DNA of 64,000 nt from Naegleria gruberi. Taxonomy: Eukaryota. This document shows, in pieces, positions 44,855 through 55,043 of this stretch. Position numbers and translations under genes: made by a program. The stretch's first letter is position 1. Every line of letters starts with the position of its first letter. The stretch lies in assembly GCA_000004985.1 (NCBI GenBank), contig GG738894.1; one strand, given 5' to 3'. Under the pieces are notes generated by a model. That model was not told where the DNA came from and made no database searches. It saw nothing but the letters and a program-made list of their open reading frames with translations.

Positions 44855-44929
44855 ACTTCTCTAAAACCGATTCAGCACGATTCTTGATTGTGAAACGTTG
44901 GATATCCATTTTAAGGAATCATCAATTAT

Positions 44930-46045
44930 TTAAGGAGCACTGCTTGTTGGTGGTGGGATATTTGTGAATAAATGAATTGAACTAACTAAGAGGGAGGTAA
45001 ACCACATGGCTGAATCAATATTGGTTCGATATTTGGAGCTCACTTCAATGTAGTAGGATCCCTCAAATAAAAGTTGCTGTATGAGTACACGTTCGACTTC
45101 TTGTCGTGTGACAGAGTTGGAATCTCTCAAATCTGATTTTAATCCAATAACGACAACTTCTGCATACTTTTTTCTGTTATCTCTGTAAGCTAATAATCCC
45201 TGAATGATAGAATCAAATGATGACCTATTTGTAATATCAAAAGTAATGAATATAGCACTCAGAGGATCAAATAATTGAGGACAATAGTAAAATATCTTAT
45301 CATTCCATTCCCAAATTTGACTCTTCACACGAAACATTTCACCAAAATTCAAAAACTTTGTTTTGAAAGAATGTTCCTCATATGGAGGATTATCACTAAA
45401 GGGCACTTCAGAGAATGAATTCAAGAAATTAGTTTTTCCAGTTTTTTGTTTTCCCAAAATCAAAGCCTTATGTGTAAAGAGATTCTTCTCATACTTTGGG
45501 TTCTTCTTCTTACTTATTCTTATTGATTGAACTGTTGGATCATTACATTCAAGGCCCAATATCTCACTTCTTTGATACTTGGCTTGAGAAATCAACGTGA
45601 AAGGAATATTAAATTTTGAAAAGTACAATTTCAATAACTGAGAATATTCCAAATAATCTCTACTATCCAATTTGAAAATTCCCTTCTCACTAGCATCATG
45701 TTTCCGCATCACTTGTTGAGCCAAATTAAATACAAAATTTCTCATCATGTAACGAAGACAATTTCTTCCCAGCCTCTTTCCGAACAAATCATCAAAAGAA
45801 TTAACCTGTTCATTCGCATCATCATGAATACAATCATAAAGCCAACACTCCTTCATGTGATGAGAAATTAACGGCCAAGCAAAAGTGTTCCTCCACTCCG
45901 AACAAACAAATCCAATGGAAAGTACAATTTCAATCATATCTAGGAATGAAAAACATTCCTTGATTATTTCCAATGGTAATTCACGATAGAGAGGAGAGAG
46001 AAAATTTGCTTTCGTGGATTCGGAACCTGTGCCATCATCCTCCAT
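44930..46045 (-). CDS. F-box protein fused to a Rab/Ras-like small GTPase domain with degenerate G3/G4 motifs (predicted pseudo-GTPase)
   Basis: ATG at complement(46045). F-box: LPLEIIKECFSFLDMIEIVLSIGFVCSEWRNTFAWPL. GTPase fold: KALILGKQKTGKTNF (G1, GxxxxGKT); KSQIWEWNDKIFYY in place of IWDTAGQE (DxxGQ lost); SAIFITFDITNRSSF (switch II region conserved); VVVIGLKSDL in place of GNKxDL; EVSSKY (G5 SAK-like). Confidence 0.65.
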   Translation of the reverse strand: MEDDGTGSESTKANFLSPLYRELPLEIIKECFSFLDMIEIVLSIGFVCSEWRNTFAWPLISHHMKECWLYDCIHDDANEQVNSFDDLFGKRLGRNCLRYMMRNFVFNLAQQVMRKHDASEKGIFKLDSRDYLEYSQLLKLYFSKFNIPFTLISQAKYQRSEILGLECNDPTVQSIRISKKKNPKYEKNLFTHKALILGKQKTGKTNFLNSFSEVPFSDNPPYEEHSFKTKFLNFGEMFRVKSQIWEWNDKIFYYCPQLFDPLSAIFITFDITNRSSFDSIIQGLLAYRDNRKKYAEVVVIGLKSDLRDSNSVTRQEVERVLIQQLLFEGSYYIEVSSKYRTNIDSAMWFTSLLVSSIHLFTNIPPPTSSAP

Positions 46046-46157
46046 TAGTTATTTTTTTTAATTTAATAAAATCAAAATTTGTTTTTTAATATTGTTAAAT
46101 TTATTTTAAATTAAATTCCAAATATTTATTTAGTATTTATTTAGTATTTATATTGTT

Positions 46158-49100
46158 TTAATGGTTGAGATTGGATTGTTTCAAAAGATCATTCTTTGAT
46201 TTGAGAATAGAGTCAAAGGATGAATATTCTGAGGTGAGAACTAATCTTGAATAGGTATCTTGTAAATTCATAACTACTTCATTCTTTAGAGTGTCGATAC
46301 ATTCATTGATTCTTGTATTGAGTGGTGATTTGCTTTTTTCATTGGAAAGTTCAACATCTTTCGAATCGAATTCTTTGACTATTGAAACCAAGTTGTTTCT
46401 TAAATGTGATGGAATGTTCACTTCATTCACACTTCCAACTTTGATATAGTTATCAAATAATTTGGAAAAGAATGAATTTAGCTCTTTGATTCTTCCATTT
46501 TGTAAAACATTTTCATTTTGTTTCAGAAAAGAGAAGAGGTGAATATTTTCTAATGAAAATTCCTTCTTACAAAACCATTCCATCAATGAATAGCCCTCCT
46601 TATTGTCCATAAATGAAACCAATTCAGAAAATTCTTCATTGGAATCTTTTGATTTTCTTATTTTGGAAATAAGCAACACTAATAAGGAATAACCTCCAAA
46701 CACAAAACAATAACTTGCTAAATATAAAATTTCAAACGCCATTGAAATAGAATCATTAGCAATAACTCTCTTTGGTGATGAAATTCCTGATAATCCAATA
46801 ATTTGATTACAAGCAAGGAAAATAAAACAAAAAACAAATAAAATCATTTCAACTCTAAAGTAAAGTGGTGAATCAACTCTTGAATACCAATTTGTGATGT
46901 GATTTGCTGGTAATTTGATAAAATTTGTCTTTTTCTTCTTATCCATATTTGTAATATTTGCAATAATTTCTTCCTTTTTGAGAAGAAACGATATTGTATA
47001 ATCCATAATAATTAACCCAATAATTACCAAACAAATTGATAGAATGATACAAGTAAATGAAATGGATACTATATAGGTATACTCTGTGCCAGTAATTACT
47101 TTCGTTCTCACTAAAATACACCACAAAGTCCAATACATTATGTTTACAATGAAACTGGAACCTAAAATCAATAACATTGATTTTGTGGAGAGGAAATGTT
47201 TCACAATCAAGAGCAATTTCTCACCTTCCTTACTATTTGACTTGGAGAAGACGGCCAATTTGTGATAGAAATATTTCAATAACTCAAATCTTGAAATTTG
47301 ATACAAATATGAAATAAAAGCCATTATCGTGATTGAATTTACAATAATTGTAATGATATTTGACAAGATATTGACTGCTAAATCACCATATTCCCATGAA
47401 ACTGTACTCGATTGTGAGCTATTTACTTCAACTTGTCCTGAAAGCAAAACACTCTTCTGAACAATCAATAACAATGCAGTTTGAATTAAAAGTGCAGTAA
47501 TTCCAATAAATGGAGTGACGAATCGACTCTTCACTGGTTGATAATTTCTGAAAACAATCAACAAGGTCAATAAAACACAGGAAATGATGAAGAAAATACT
47601 TCCATATACGATTTGAGTGACATAGACACTTTCCAACTCTTTTGCCTGTGCTGAGCTTGATCTTGTTGTGTTATATTCAACAAATGCAGAGAATAAGGTG
47701 GTGTGGTTGCATTGACATTGTACAATAGTTGAGCTTTCTGAAACAAGTTCACATCCATTGGATTCCCATGATTCTGTTGTTTCATTCCAATATTTACATG
47801 AAATGGAATAGTTTAAACTTGTATTCAAAGTAGCTGTAATTGACAATGAGAGGGTGAATGGTTTAGTCAAGTCTTTGATTTCTAATTGAGATCCTTCTTT
47901 GAAAATTGAAAATTCTGCAAATGATGAAAGGGAATTTGCCATTGAATAATTGTCTGGTCTGATATTTTTGGAATATTTGATTAAAGACATGCCTAATTGT
48001 TTCGAATAACCATTATAAGTATTCAACACGTTATCAACATCAACCTTAACATCTTGTAAATCAAAACTTCCAGAAAGAGTTTTTTCACTTTTGATAAAGT
48101 TTGATGTAACAATTTCCACATTATTAGAACGGAATAGCCTGTTAGAAATGGAATTCTTATTCGAATCAGAAAGGATAACTGGTGGCTCACCAATAATTGC
48201 CATTATTGAAACATGATTATAAATAGTGGACACATTGTAGTTTCCAGTGTTGAATAGATTAGTAGCTGTCGTAAGAATGTTTGATAAATCAGTTGAGGAA
48301 ACAACTTTTTCCTTGACAAAACCAAATGAATTGTACTGATTCTTATACGAATCTGTTAAATTGGCACAGAATGACTCAAATTTGAGCGCAACTTCTAAAC
48401 TTGCCTCCAAATTTGATTGAGCAATCTTTTTAAGTGTGTCAATTGTAGAAGATGGATTTTGAAGTGGAATTTCCAAAGACTTGACAATTTCTATTGCAAG
48501 AGAACTATCTGAAACTGTTTCAGTAAATACAGAATCGTAAGGAGCAATCATAGCAAGGATGGAATCTGATTTTAATCTTTCCAATAAATAGAGCTTGGAA
48601 TCAGGATAGGGATACATTGAAATATCTCCATTTACAACTTGATGGTATTCGAAACCTTGGGAGTCCTTCATGAACACAAGCATTGTAATGTTAGTAGTAA
48701 AGTAAGGAAGATAAATAGAATCAATAAGCCCAACATTATCATAATATTGAGTGACTCTAACGTTGGTCTTTTCTTTGTATTGGAAACCAAGTGCATAATT
48801 GAATGGATACATCTTCGAATTGGCTGCTATCCAAGGATAAACACTAAATCTAACAAGAGTTTTGAGCGAGTAAACTAAAGATGAATTTGTGCCAATAATT
48901 GAGAAAGTATTTCCACTTGGTAAAGGACCTGAATAAATTGGAATTGTCTCCTCTAAGCTAAATGAATTATTATTTCCCCTAAAACTTGAGCTAGTAAGTA
49001 CAAACTTGAAAGTTAAAGAATCATCATAAGTAGAAAATGATCCAGAAAATGATATTATTGGGTTAAATTTGATGGTATTGTTTCCATCAAACTCAACAGT

Positions 49101-50765
49101 GGTGATCCCACTACTTTCTAATAATGTAGAATTTCCACTCAACTTCAAGCTGTAACTAACTGTGAATGAACAATTTGTTTGGCAATCTATCACCTTGGAA
49201 CTATTGAAAATATTCTCAGCTCCCAAAACAAGACTATTCAAACTATGGTCCTTGTTCTTGATGAAATAAGAAGGGAACCCATATTTGGTAATACCTGGTT
49301 CTTGGATAGTGACTGTGAAATATAGAGTATTAGAAACTCTTGCTGGATATTGAGAGTGAGTTTTGAAACCTTGAACCGAAAACAAATAAGCTGTTCTCAC
49401 CTTCATCAAATCTTTGAAATATGTCAAGTTGAATAATGGTTGACTTGAAGAGCTAGGACAATCAATGCAAACCCAATTCACAGTAAAAGTTTGGAATTCA
49501 GAGGTGATTAAGGATTGATTATTCATATCAAAGGCATCAAGCTGTAAAATCAGATTATCGCCCTTCTCCACTTGAAAACTATTTGAGGGTAATGAGATTA
49601 GAATAGGATTAGTGTTGATAGAACAGTTGTTGCCATAGAAACCGCTGTTACAAGTACAGTTATCAGGTAGATTACATTGCCCATTGCCTGAGCAAACACT
49701 TGTCGAATTAAAGAGAACTCCATTACAGAAATAGTCTTGACAAGCTTTGCCGTAGAACCCTGTCTTACAATTACACGAATCTGGGCCAGAACAATTTCCA
49801 TTTCCAGAACAGACATTGGTACCATTACTATTAATACCAAAGCACTTGTAATATTGACAATTATTTCCATAATATCCCTCGGAACATGTGCAATTGTTTA
49901 AGGAAGAACAGTTTCCTCTTGCTAAGCATACTTGAGAATTATTATACGAAAGTCCAGAACAAGTATGAATACTACAATCATAGCCAAGAAAACCTTGCGA
50001 GCATGTGCAATTGTTTGGAGAAGAACAATTACCATTGCCTGAACAAACCATTGAATCATTCTTCAACTTGCCAAAACAATTAACAAAACTTTCACATTCA
50101 TTTCCATACCATCCATCATTACAAACACAATTATTATACGAAACACATTTACCATGATAGCTACAAGCATCAGTGGCATTCTTCTTGTAACAAATTGGTT
50201 GATCACAATTGTTTCCATTGTACATTACTGGACCAGTTTTACCAGCAGGGAAAATATCCTGTCTCCAACAAACTAATCCATAAGAATCATAAATAATCAA
50301 ATTCTTATCCGTGGTCATGATAAATCTGAAAGGCCCAACACCACCACTACATGATGACAAAATGGTTGAGTAGACATTTGTTGGATTATGAAGAGTAAAC
50401 GCTCCAGTATTATTATTCAATCTCATATTGTAAGAACCAGATCCCTGCCACGTGTTAGATGCCCAATCAGCAGCACCATTCAATTGGTAGGTTACCAAGT
50501 TACCATCAGTTTGAAGAACAACAAATTCATCGCTCTGTGGATTGTATATTGCCACACCATTTTGAATAGTTCCATTGATGGACGAGTGCATATAGTTTCC
50601 AGACGAAAGATCGAGACATTCACAAGAATTTTGACCTTTACAGATACCATTACCTCCACAAACTTGTAAATCGGTTGGGTGTTTGCCAAAACATGTAAAC
50701 GCTGTTGAGTAATCTACTCCAAGATGGAGCACAATTAATAACAACACAACAAGGTAAAATTTCAT
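46158..50765 (-). CDS. Adhesion-GPCR-like receptor: signal peptide, bulb-type (GNA-like) lectin domain, 6 EGF-like repeats, large ectodomain, GPS-like motif, 7 TM helices, C-terminal RGS domain
   Basis: ATG at complement(50765): MKFYLVVLLLIVLHLGV. B-lectin motif QxDxNxVxY in VVLQTDGNLVTYQLNG (second, degenerate: TTDKNLIIY). EGF-like repeats: CSGNGNCSSPNNCTCSQGFLGYDC, CLARGNCSSLNNCTCSEGYYGNNC, CSGNGNCSGPDSCNCKTGFYGKAC, CSGNGQCNLPDNCTCNSGFYGNNC and others. GPS-like motif CELVSESSTIVQCQCNHTTLFSAF (about 47681..47716) lies just before TM1 (IFFIISCVLLTLLIVF). Seven hydrophobic helices follow. RGS domain: FMDNKEGYSLMEWFCKKEFSLENIHLFSFLKQN (about 46300..46600). Confidence 0.75.
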   Translation of the reverse strand: MKFYLVVLLLIVLHLGVDYSTAFTCFGKHPTDLQVCGGNGICKGQNSCECLDLSSGNYMHSSINGTIQNGVAIYNPQSDEFVVLQTDGNLVTYQLNGAADWASNTWQGSGSYNMRLNNNTGAFTLHNPTNVYSTILSSCSGGVGPFRFIMTTDKNLIIYDSYGLVCWRQDIFPAGKTGPVMYNGNNCDQPICYKKNATDACSYHGKCVSYNNCVCNDGWYGNECESFVNCFGKLKNDSMVCSGNGNCSSPNNCTCSQGFLGYDCSIHTCSGLSYNNSQVCLARGNCSSLNNCTCSEGYYGNNCQYYKCFGINSNGTNVCSGNGNCSGPDSCNCKTGFYGKACQDYFCNGVLFNSTSVCSGNGQCNLPDNCTCNSGFYGNNCSINTNPILISLPSNSFQVEKGDNLILQLDAFDMNNQSLITSEFQTFTVNWVCIDCPSSSSQPLFNLTYFKDLMKVRTAYLFSVQGFKTHSQYPARVSNTLYFTVTIQEPGITKYGFPSYFIKNKDHSLNSLVLGAENIFNSSKVIDCQTNCSFTVSYSLKLSGNSTLLESSGITTVEFDGNNTIKFNPIISFSGSFSTYDDSLTFKFVLTSSSFRGNNNSFSLEETIPIYSGPLPSGNTFSIIGTNSSLVYSLKTLVRFSVYPWIAANSKMYPFNYALGFQYKEKTNVRVTQYYDNVGLIDSIYLPYFTTNITMLVFMKDSQGFEYHQVVNGDISMYPYPDSKLYLLERLKSDSILAMIAPYDSVFTETVSDSSLAIEIVKSLEIPLQNPSSTIDTLKKIAQSNLEASLEVALKFESFCANLTDSYKNQYNSFGFVKEKVVSSTDLSNILTTATNLFNTGNYNVSTIYNHVSIMAIIGEPPVILSDSNKNSISNRLFRSNNVEIVTSNFIKSEKTLSGSFDLQDVKVDVDNVLNTYNGYSKQLGMSLIKYSKNIRPDNYSMANSLSSFAEFSIFKEGSQLEIKDLTKPFTLSLSITATLNTSLNYSISCKYWNETTESWESNGCELVSESSTIVQCQCNHTTLFSAFVEYNTTRSSSAQAKELESVYVTQIVYGSIFFIISCVLLTLLIVFRNYQPVKSRFVTPFIGITALLIQTALLLIVQKSVLLSGQVEVNSSQSSTVSWEYGDLAVNILSNIITIIVNSITIMAFISYLYQISRFELLKYFYHKLAVFSKSNSKEGEKLLLIVKHFLSTKSMLLILGSSFIVNIMYWTLWCILVRTKVITGTEYTYIVSISFTCIILSICLVIIGLIIMDYTISFLLKKEEIIANITNMDKKKKTNFIKLPANHITNWYSRVDSPLYFRVEMILFVFCFIFLACNQIIGLSGISSPKRVIANDSISMAFEILYLASYCFVFGGYSLLVLLISKIRKSKDSNEEFSELVSFMDNKEGYSLMEWFCKKEFSLENIHLFSFLKQNENVLQNGRIKELNSFFSKLFDNYIKVGSVNEVNIPSHLRNNLVSIVKEFDSKDVELSNEKSKSPLNTRINECIDTLKNEVVMNLQDTYSRLVLTSEYSSFDSILKSKNDLLKQSNLNH

Positions 50766-51008
50766 ATTTTTTTTTGATACTGACAACCTGTCAAACAGAG
50801 CCAACTGTATGAGAGGTTACGCCATTGTATTATTATTCATTTGTATTAAATGACCTTTTTTGAGTTTAACTTACTTAAAAATCAATTTACACCAAGTGTC
50901 ATTCAATATGTAATTGGTTGAATACTTGTTTTAAATATCAAACAAAGCTGTTTGGATGAAGCATTTGTAATGTGGAAAGGAAGAAAATCATTATAACATA
51001 GAAACGAA

Positions 51009-52926
51009 TTAATCATCATACATATCAGAATATCTGTATCCAATTTCACTGTTTCCTTTCCATAGAGTGCAACACTGATTCCACAAATTAGTACAATCAA
51101 GTACAGGGAATAATCTATGTTGATAACAGCAAACATATTGGAATGCAGTACCTATCCAGTTAGGAAGGCCTATTCTTTTAGTCTCATGCATGATATCTGA
51201 TTCAGGGTTAGATCTGTAACAGCAACAACTAGTGGCACACCAACATGCAAGAATACCACATCCATTACAACAACCACAAGCCCTACTAAAGCAACAATGT
51301 TTTGTATAGTTCTTATCTAAAAATCCACACCTAGTAATCTGCTGCATTTTGTAATCCATTTCTTCTTTTAAATTTTCGATAAGGATTGTTGGAAAAGTTG
51401 GAAATATGATTTTGTGATGAGAGACCTTAGCTGATTCTCTCTTAAAGTATATACTCTCAAAGTTGATAGATATTGAGTTGTCAATTTGAGAGGAAGCAAA
51501 TATGTTATTCTTAATTTCAATTCCATGTTTGTTAAAGAGAGCTTGTCTGATAGAATCAGATAAATTTAGTTTTGAGTAGTATATATGTTTGTAGAATTGT
51601 TTTAAAAATTCCAATCGTTGCTTATCATTCATTGTTTCAACAGATGCCAACGTTAGAAATTGAGGAAGAATAGTTCCATTAACCTTAGTATCTGTGAGAA
51701 GTTGCGTATTGGGAGGGAATTTCACTCTACCACTAATTAATCTATCTCTGTAATTTTTGATAATGTTTTCTCTGACAATCATAAAATTTCTTTGCTCAGC
51801 TGGCGTTAATGATTTAATATGTCTGAGATTTTCCTTTTCAAATATTTCTTTCAAATCTATCATAGAAGATTCCATTCGTGGTATGATTTTGTACCTAAAT
51901 AACAAGTACAAGAGTATTTTACATATATATAAAGATTGACCACTTTCAAAGTTGGTTTCCATACTAAATATTTTTCGGTAGTCATGTGTGATGGATCCAT
52001 GCTTGAATTCAATTTCATCTCTCTTAATATTCCTCATATATCTTGGGCGAAACACCTTATTCGAAATAAACAGAGAACTTTCTCTGCACAAGCGAGAGTG
52101 GAAGCCAATTGGGTATGCAGTCGCAAAGTGAATGTGTAAAATCATTCTTCCATATAATCTAAATGGATTCACTCTCTTATTCACAAGAAAATGTTTACTA
52201 CACCAATGAGTGTATAAATCATGGAGTGTGACATGTTTCTTCAGAATATCTTGTTCATTCTCGTTATTTCCAAATAGATGATATAATTTACATTGTTTTC
52301 CATTTTTTGGAACGTTTGATTTAGAAAGAATATCGCTCACATTTACTGCCTTAGTTTTATCTACAATATCCTCCAACGTGTCCAATAATAGAGAGCTGTT
52401 AGCCCCTGACAATTCAACTTCAACCTCAAACTCACTATCAGATAATTGATTCATACTCTTTCCAAATATCTTTCTCATTGCCTTCATAAATGGAGGCAAA
52501 ATCTCTTCAGGTTTCACATCCATGTCCACCATACTATTCACTCTCAATCGGTTCGGAATGAATATCTGAAAGTACAATCGAGGTAAATAAACATTTCCAA
52601 TTCGTTTCAATAAATTTTCATTTCTAATAGTTTCCTTCCCTGATGTGTTAATATTATTTAATCCAACGTCAGAATTCTCTAATTTCCCATCCATCTCCTG
52701 ATCATGCTGATAACAGTAACAACAACCATCAAATAAATTATAATAATATTTGCACGTATATTTCAAGGCTTGCAATTCGTAGGCACCTCTATTCGGACAG
52801 TAGGAAAGAATTGTCTCGATGGAATCATGATCCAAATTAATTAATTGTGATTCAGCCGTGATAGGATCGGTTGCAATATTTGTACCCTCTTCTCCAATGA
52901 TTATTGGATGATGTTGGGCCAACATT
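51009..52926 (-). CDS. Hypothetical protein (about 639 aa) with Cys-rich C-terminus
   Basis: First ATG at complement(52926): MLAQHHPIII. The track ORF begins 9 nt upstream at a non-ATG codon. The C-terminal Cys cluster CCFSRACGCCNGCGILACWCATSCCCY suggests palmitoylation or metal binding. No catalytic motif recognised. Confidence 0.45.
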
Positions 52927-53115
52927 TTGGTCGGCAATCAATGAGCTAATTTTTTACATGATATTTTAATTTCGCATCCAGAACAATGCAACAAATTTGA
53001 TAGCAAAACTGAAGGAAGTGTTAGGTGCATGTGTAAACGTCGAAATGTTTAGTGAATGGAGAACATAGTACCAATTTCACCCTTGCATCTTTTGAGAAAG
53101 TACCTTAATCTTAGT

Positions 53116-53204
53116 GTTTAATTAGCTCAGTAGGGAGAGCACGGGACTACGGCCCATTAAAAGTTGATATCCCGGGGCCATAGGTTCGATTCCTATATTA
53201 AACG
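53116..53204 (+). tRNA. tRNA, intron-containing; anticodon most likely ACG (Arg)
   Basis: Cloverleaf found by hand. Acceptor GTTTAAT/ATTAAAC (7 bp, all A/T). D-arm GCTC-AGTAGGGA-GAGC with A-box TAGCTCAGTAGG. Anticodon stem CGGGA/TCCCG. Loop CT-ACG-G, then a 16-nt insert (CCCATTAAAAGTTGAT) at the canonical 37/38 position. Variable loop GGGCC. T-arm ATAGG-TTCGATT-CCTAT with B-box GGTTCGATTCC. Discriminator G, then T4 (53206-53209). Confidence 0.65.
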
Positions 53205-53529
53205 TTTTAGAGACAGTATCATTAATGAATACTTTGAGTTTTCTGAAATTTTTAAATCCAATGTGCTTTAATCCAGTTTACCGATTCTACAGAATAATAA
53301 TAATTTCTCGTACTACATGAATGTAATAGAAATATCTGCAATGTTCGAAATATTATGATTCCAATTGAAAAAGTTCAACTCACACAATAGATCTATTTAT
53401 TAAAAGCTATTTGGCTTACTGAAAGTAACCAATCCTCCAAATCTTCTAAGCTTTTTTCAAACAGCTTCAAATTATTCTCGAAGGATTCTTCAAGAATCAA
53501 GAATAAAACAACGCGACGAATAGAAAAAA

Positions 53530-54843
53530 ATGACTCAAAAGAAAACTACACAACAACCAGCAGCAAAGAAAGGAGGAAAAAAGGGTGGAGATGATGATAT
53601 GGCCTTCCTGATGGAAATGCAAAAGCAAAACGAAAAGGTTATCGAAAAACAAAAGAAAGCCGAAGAAAAGAAGAAGAATGCTACACCAGCAGCATCAGAT
53701 TCTACTCCGCAAGCTAACGTTAAGAAGACTTATCCAAGCGAACAAACAAAACCAGAACCAACAGTGCCAATTAAATACTTGTTCAAAGACAACAAATATC
53801 CACAAGGTGAAATTATGGAATATGCTCAAGATTTTAACAAATTTAGAACATCATCAAAGGAACATCAACAAAAGGACGAAATGTTTGACCACGTCGTTCA
53901 AGAAGCTAGACAAGCTGCTGAAGTACACAGAACTGCTAGACAATGGTTCCAAGGATATGTTAAACCAGGTATGAGAGTTATTGATGCTGCTGAAGCATTG
54001 GAAAATAAGGCCAGAGAATTAATTGAAGCTAACGGTATTAATGCTGGTATTGCTTTCCCATTGGGTTGTTCAATGAATAATTGTGCTGCTCACTATACTC
54101 CAAATGGTGGAGATGAAACAATTATTACTGCTAATGATATTATCAAATTCGATCTCGGATTACATATTAATGGACGTATTATTGATTGTGCTTGGACTAT
54201 GTATTGGGATGATAAATTCAAGCCATTGGCTATGGCTGCAAAGGAAGCTACAAACATGGGTATTAAAACTGCTGGTATTGATGTCAGAATGAGTGATATT
54301 GGTGCTTCTATTCAAGAAGTTATGGAATCCTATGAAGTGGAATTAAACGGAAAGACTTACCCAGTTAAATGTGTTGCCAACTTGAATGGTCACTCAATTG
54401 AAAGATATAAGATCCATGCTGGTAAGACTGTACCAATTGTAAAGAATAATGATAACACAAAGATGGAAGAAAATGAATTTTATGCTATTGAAACTTTCGG
54501 TTCAACTGGTAGAGGTCATGTTGATCATGAAGGTGTCTGTTCACACTACATGAGAGATTTTGATAAAAAGATTCCATCAGGAGATTTAAAGACACAAAAA
54601 GCTCGTGACTTACTCAAGACTATTGAAACTAACTTTAGTACACTTGCTTTCTGTAGAAGATATTTGGATAGACTCGGAGAAGATAAATACATGGTAGCTC
54701 TCAAGAGTTTAGTCAATGCAGGTGTTGTCAATGAATATCCACCATTGTGTGACGTTAAGGGATCTTACACTTCTCAATATGAACACACCATTGTTCTCAG
54801 ACCAACATGCAAAGAAGTCATCAGTAGAGGAACTGATTATTAA
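53530..54843 (+). CDS. MAP2: Methionine aminopeptidase 2 (MetAP2, peptidase M24A)
   Basis: Lys-rich N-terminus (KKGGKKGGDDD...KKAEEKKKN). Catalytic domain blocks: AEVHRTARQWFQGYVKPGMRVIDAAEALENKAREL; GIAFPLGCSMNNCAAHYTPNGGD; DIIKFDLGLHINGRIIDCAWT; FGSTGRGHVDHEG...HYM; NEYPPLCDVKGSYTSQYEHTIVLRPTCKEVISRG. Confidence 0.9.
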   Translation: MTQKKTTQQPAAKKGGKKGGDDDMAFLMEMQKQNEKVIEKQKKAEEKKKNATPAASDSTPQANVKKTYPSEQTKPEPTVPIKYLFKDNKYPQGEIMEYAQDFNKFRTSSKEHQQKDEMFDHVVQEARQAAEVHRTARQWFQGYVKPGMRVIDAAEALENKARELIEANGINAGIAFPLGCSMNNCAAHYTPNGGDETIITANDIIKFDLGLHINGRIIDCAWTMYWDDKFKPLAMAAKEATNMGIKTAGIDVRMSDIGASIQEVMESYEVELNGKTYPVKCVANLNGHSIERYKIHAGKTVPIVKNNDNTKMEENEFYAIETFGSTGRGHVDHEGVCSHYMRDFDKKIPSGDLKTQKARDLLKTIETNFSTLAFCRRYLDRLGEDKYMVALKSLVNAGVVNEYPPLCDVKGSYTSQYEHTIVLRPTCKEVISRGTDY

Positions 54844-55043
54844 TTCATTCACCTAATATCATAAACTATTTTATTTATTTTACTATTTTCATCATTTAGT
54901 AGAATATATATTAATGAACTTGAATTAATATTCAAAGCCAATATCTAAGTAATCAATTCAATCAAAACTGAACACGTTTTCTTCAATCAATTAATATTCT
55001 ATTTCAAGAACCAATTAATTTCTTACTTCTAAATATTAAAAAA

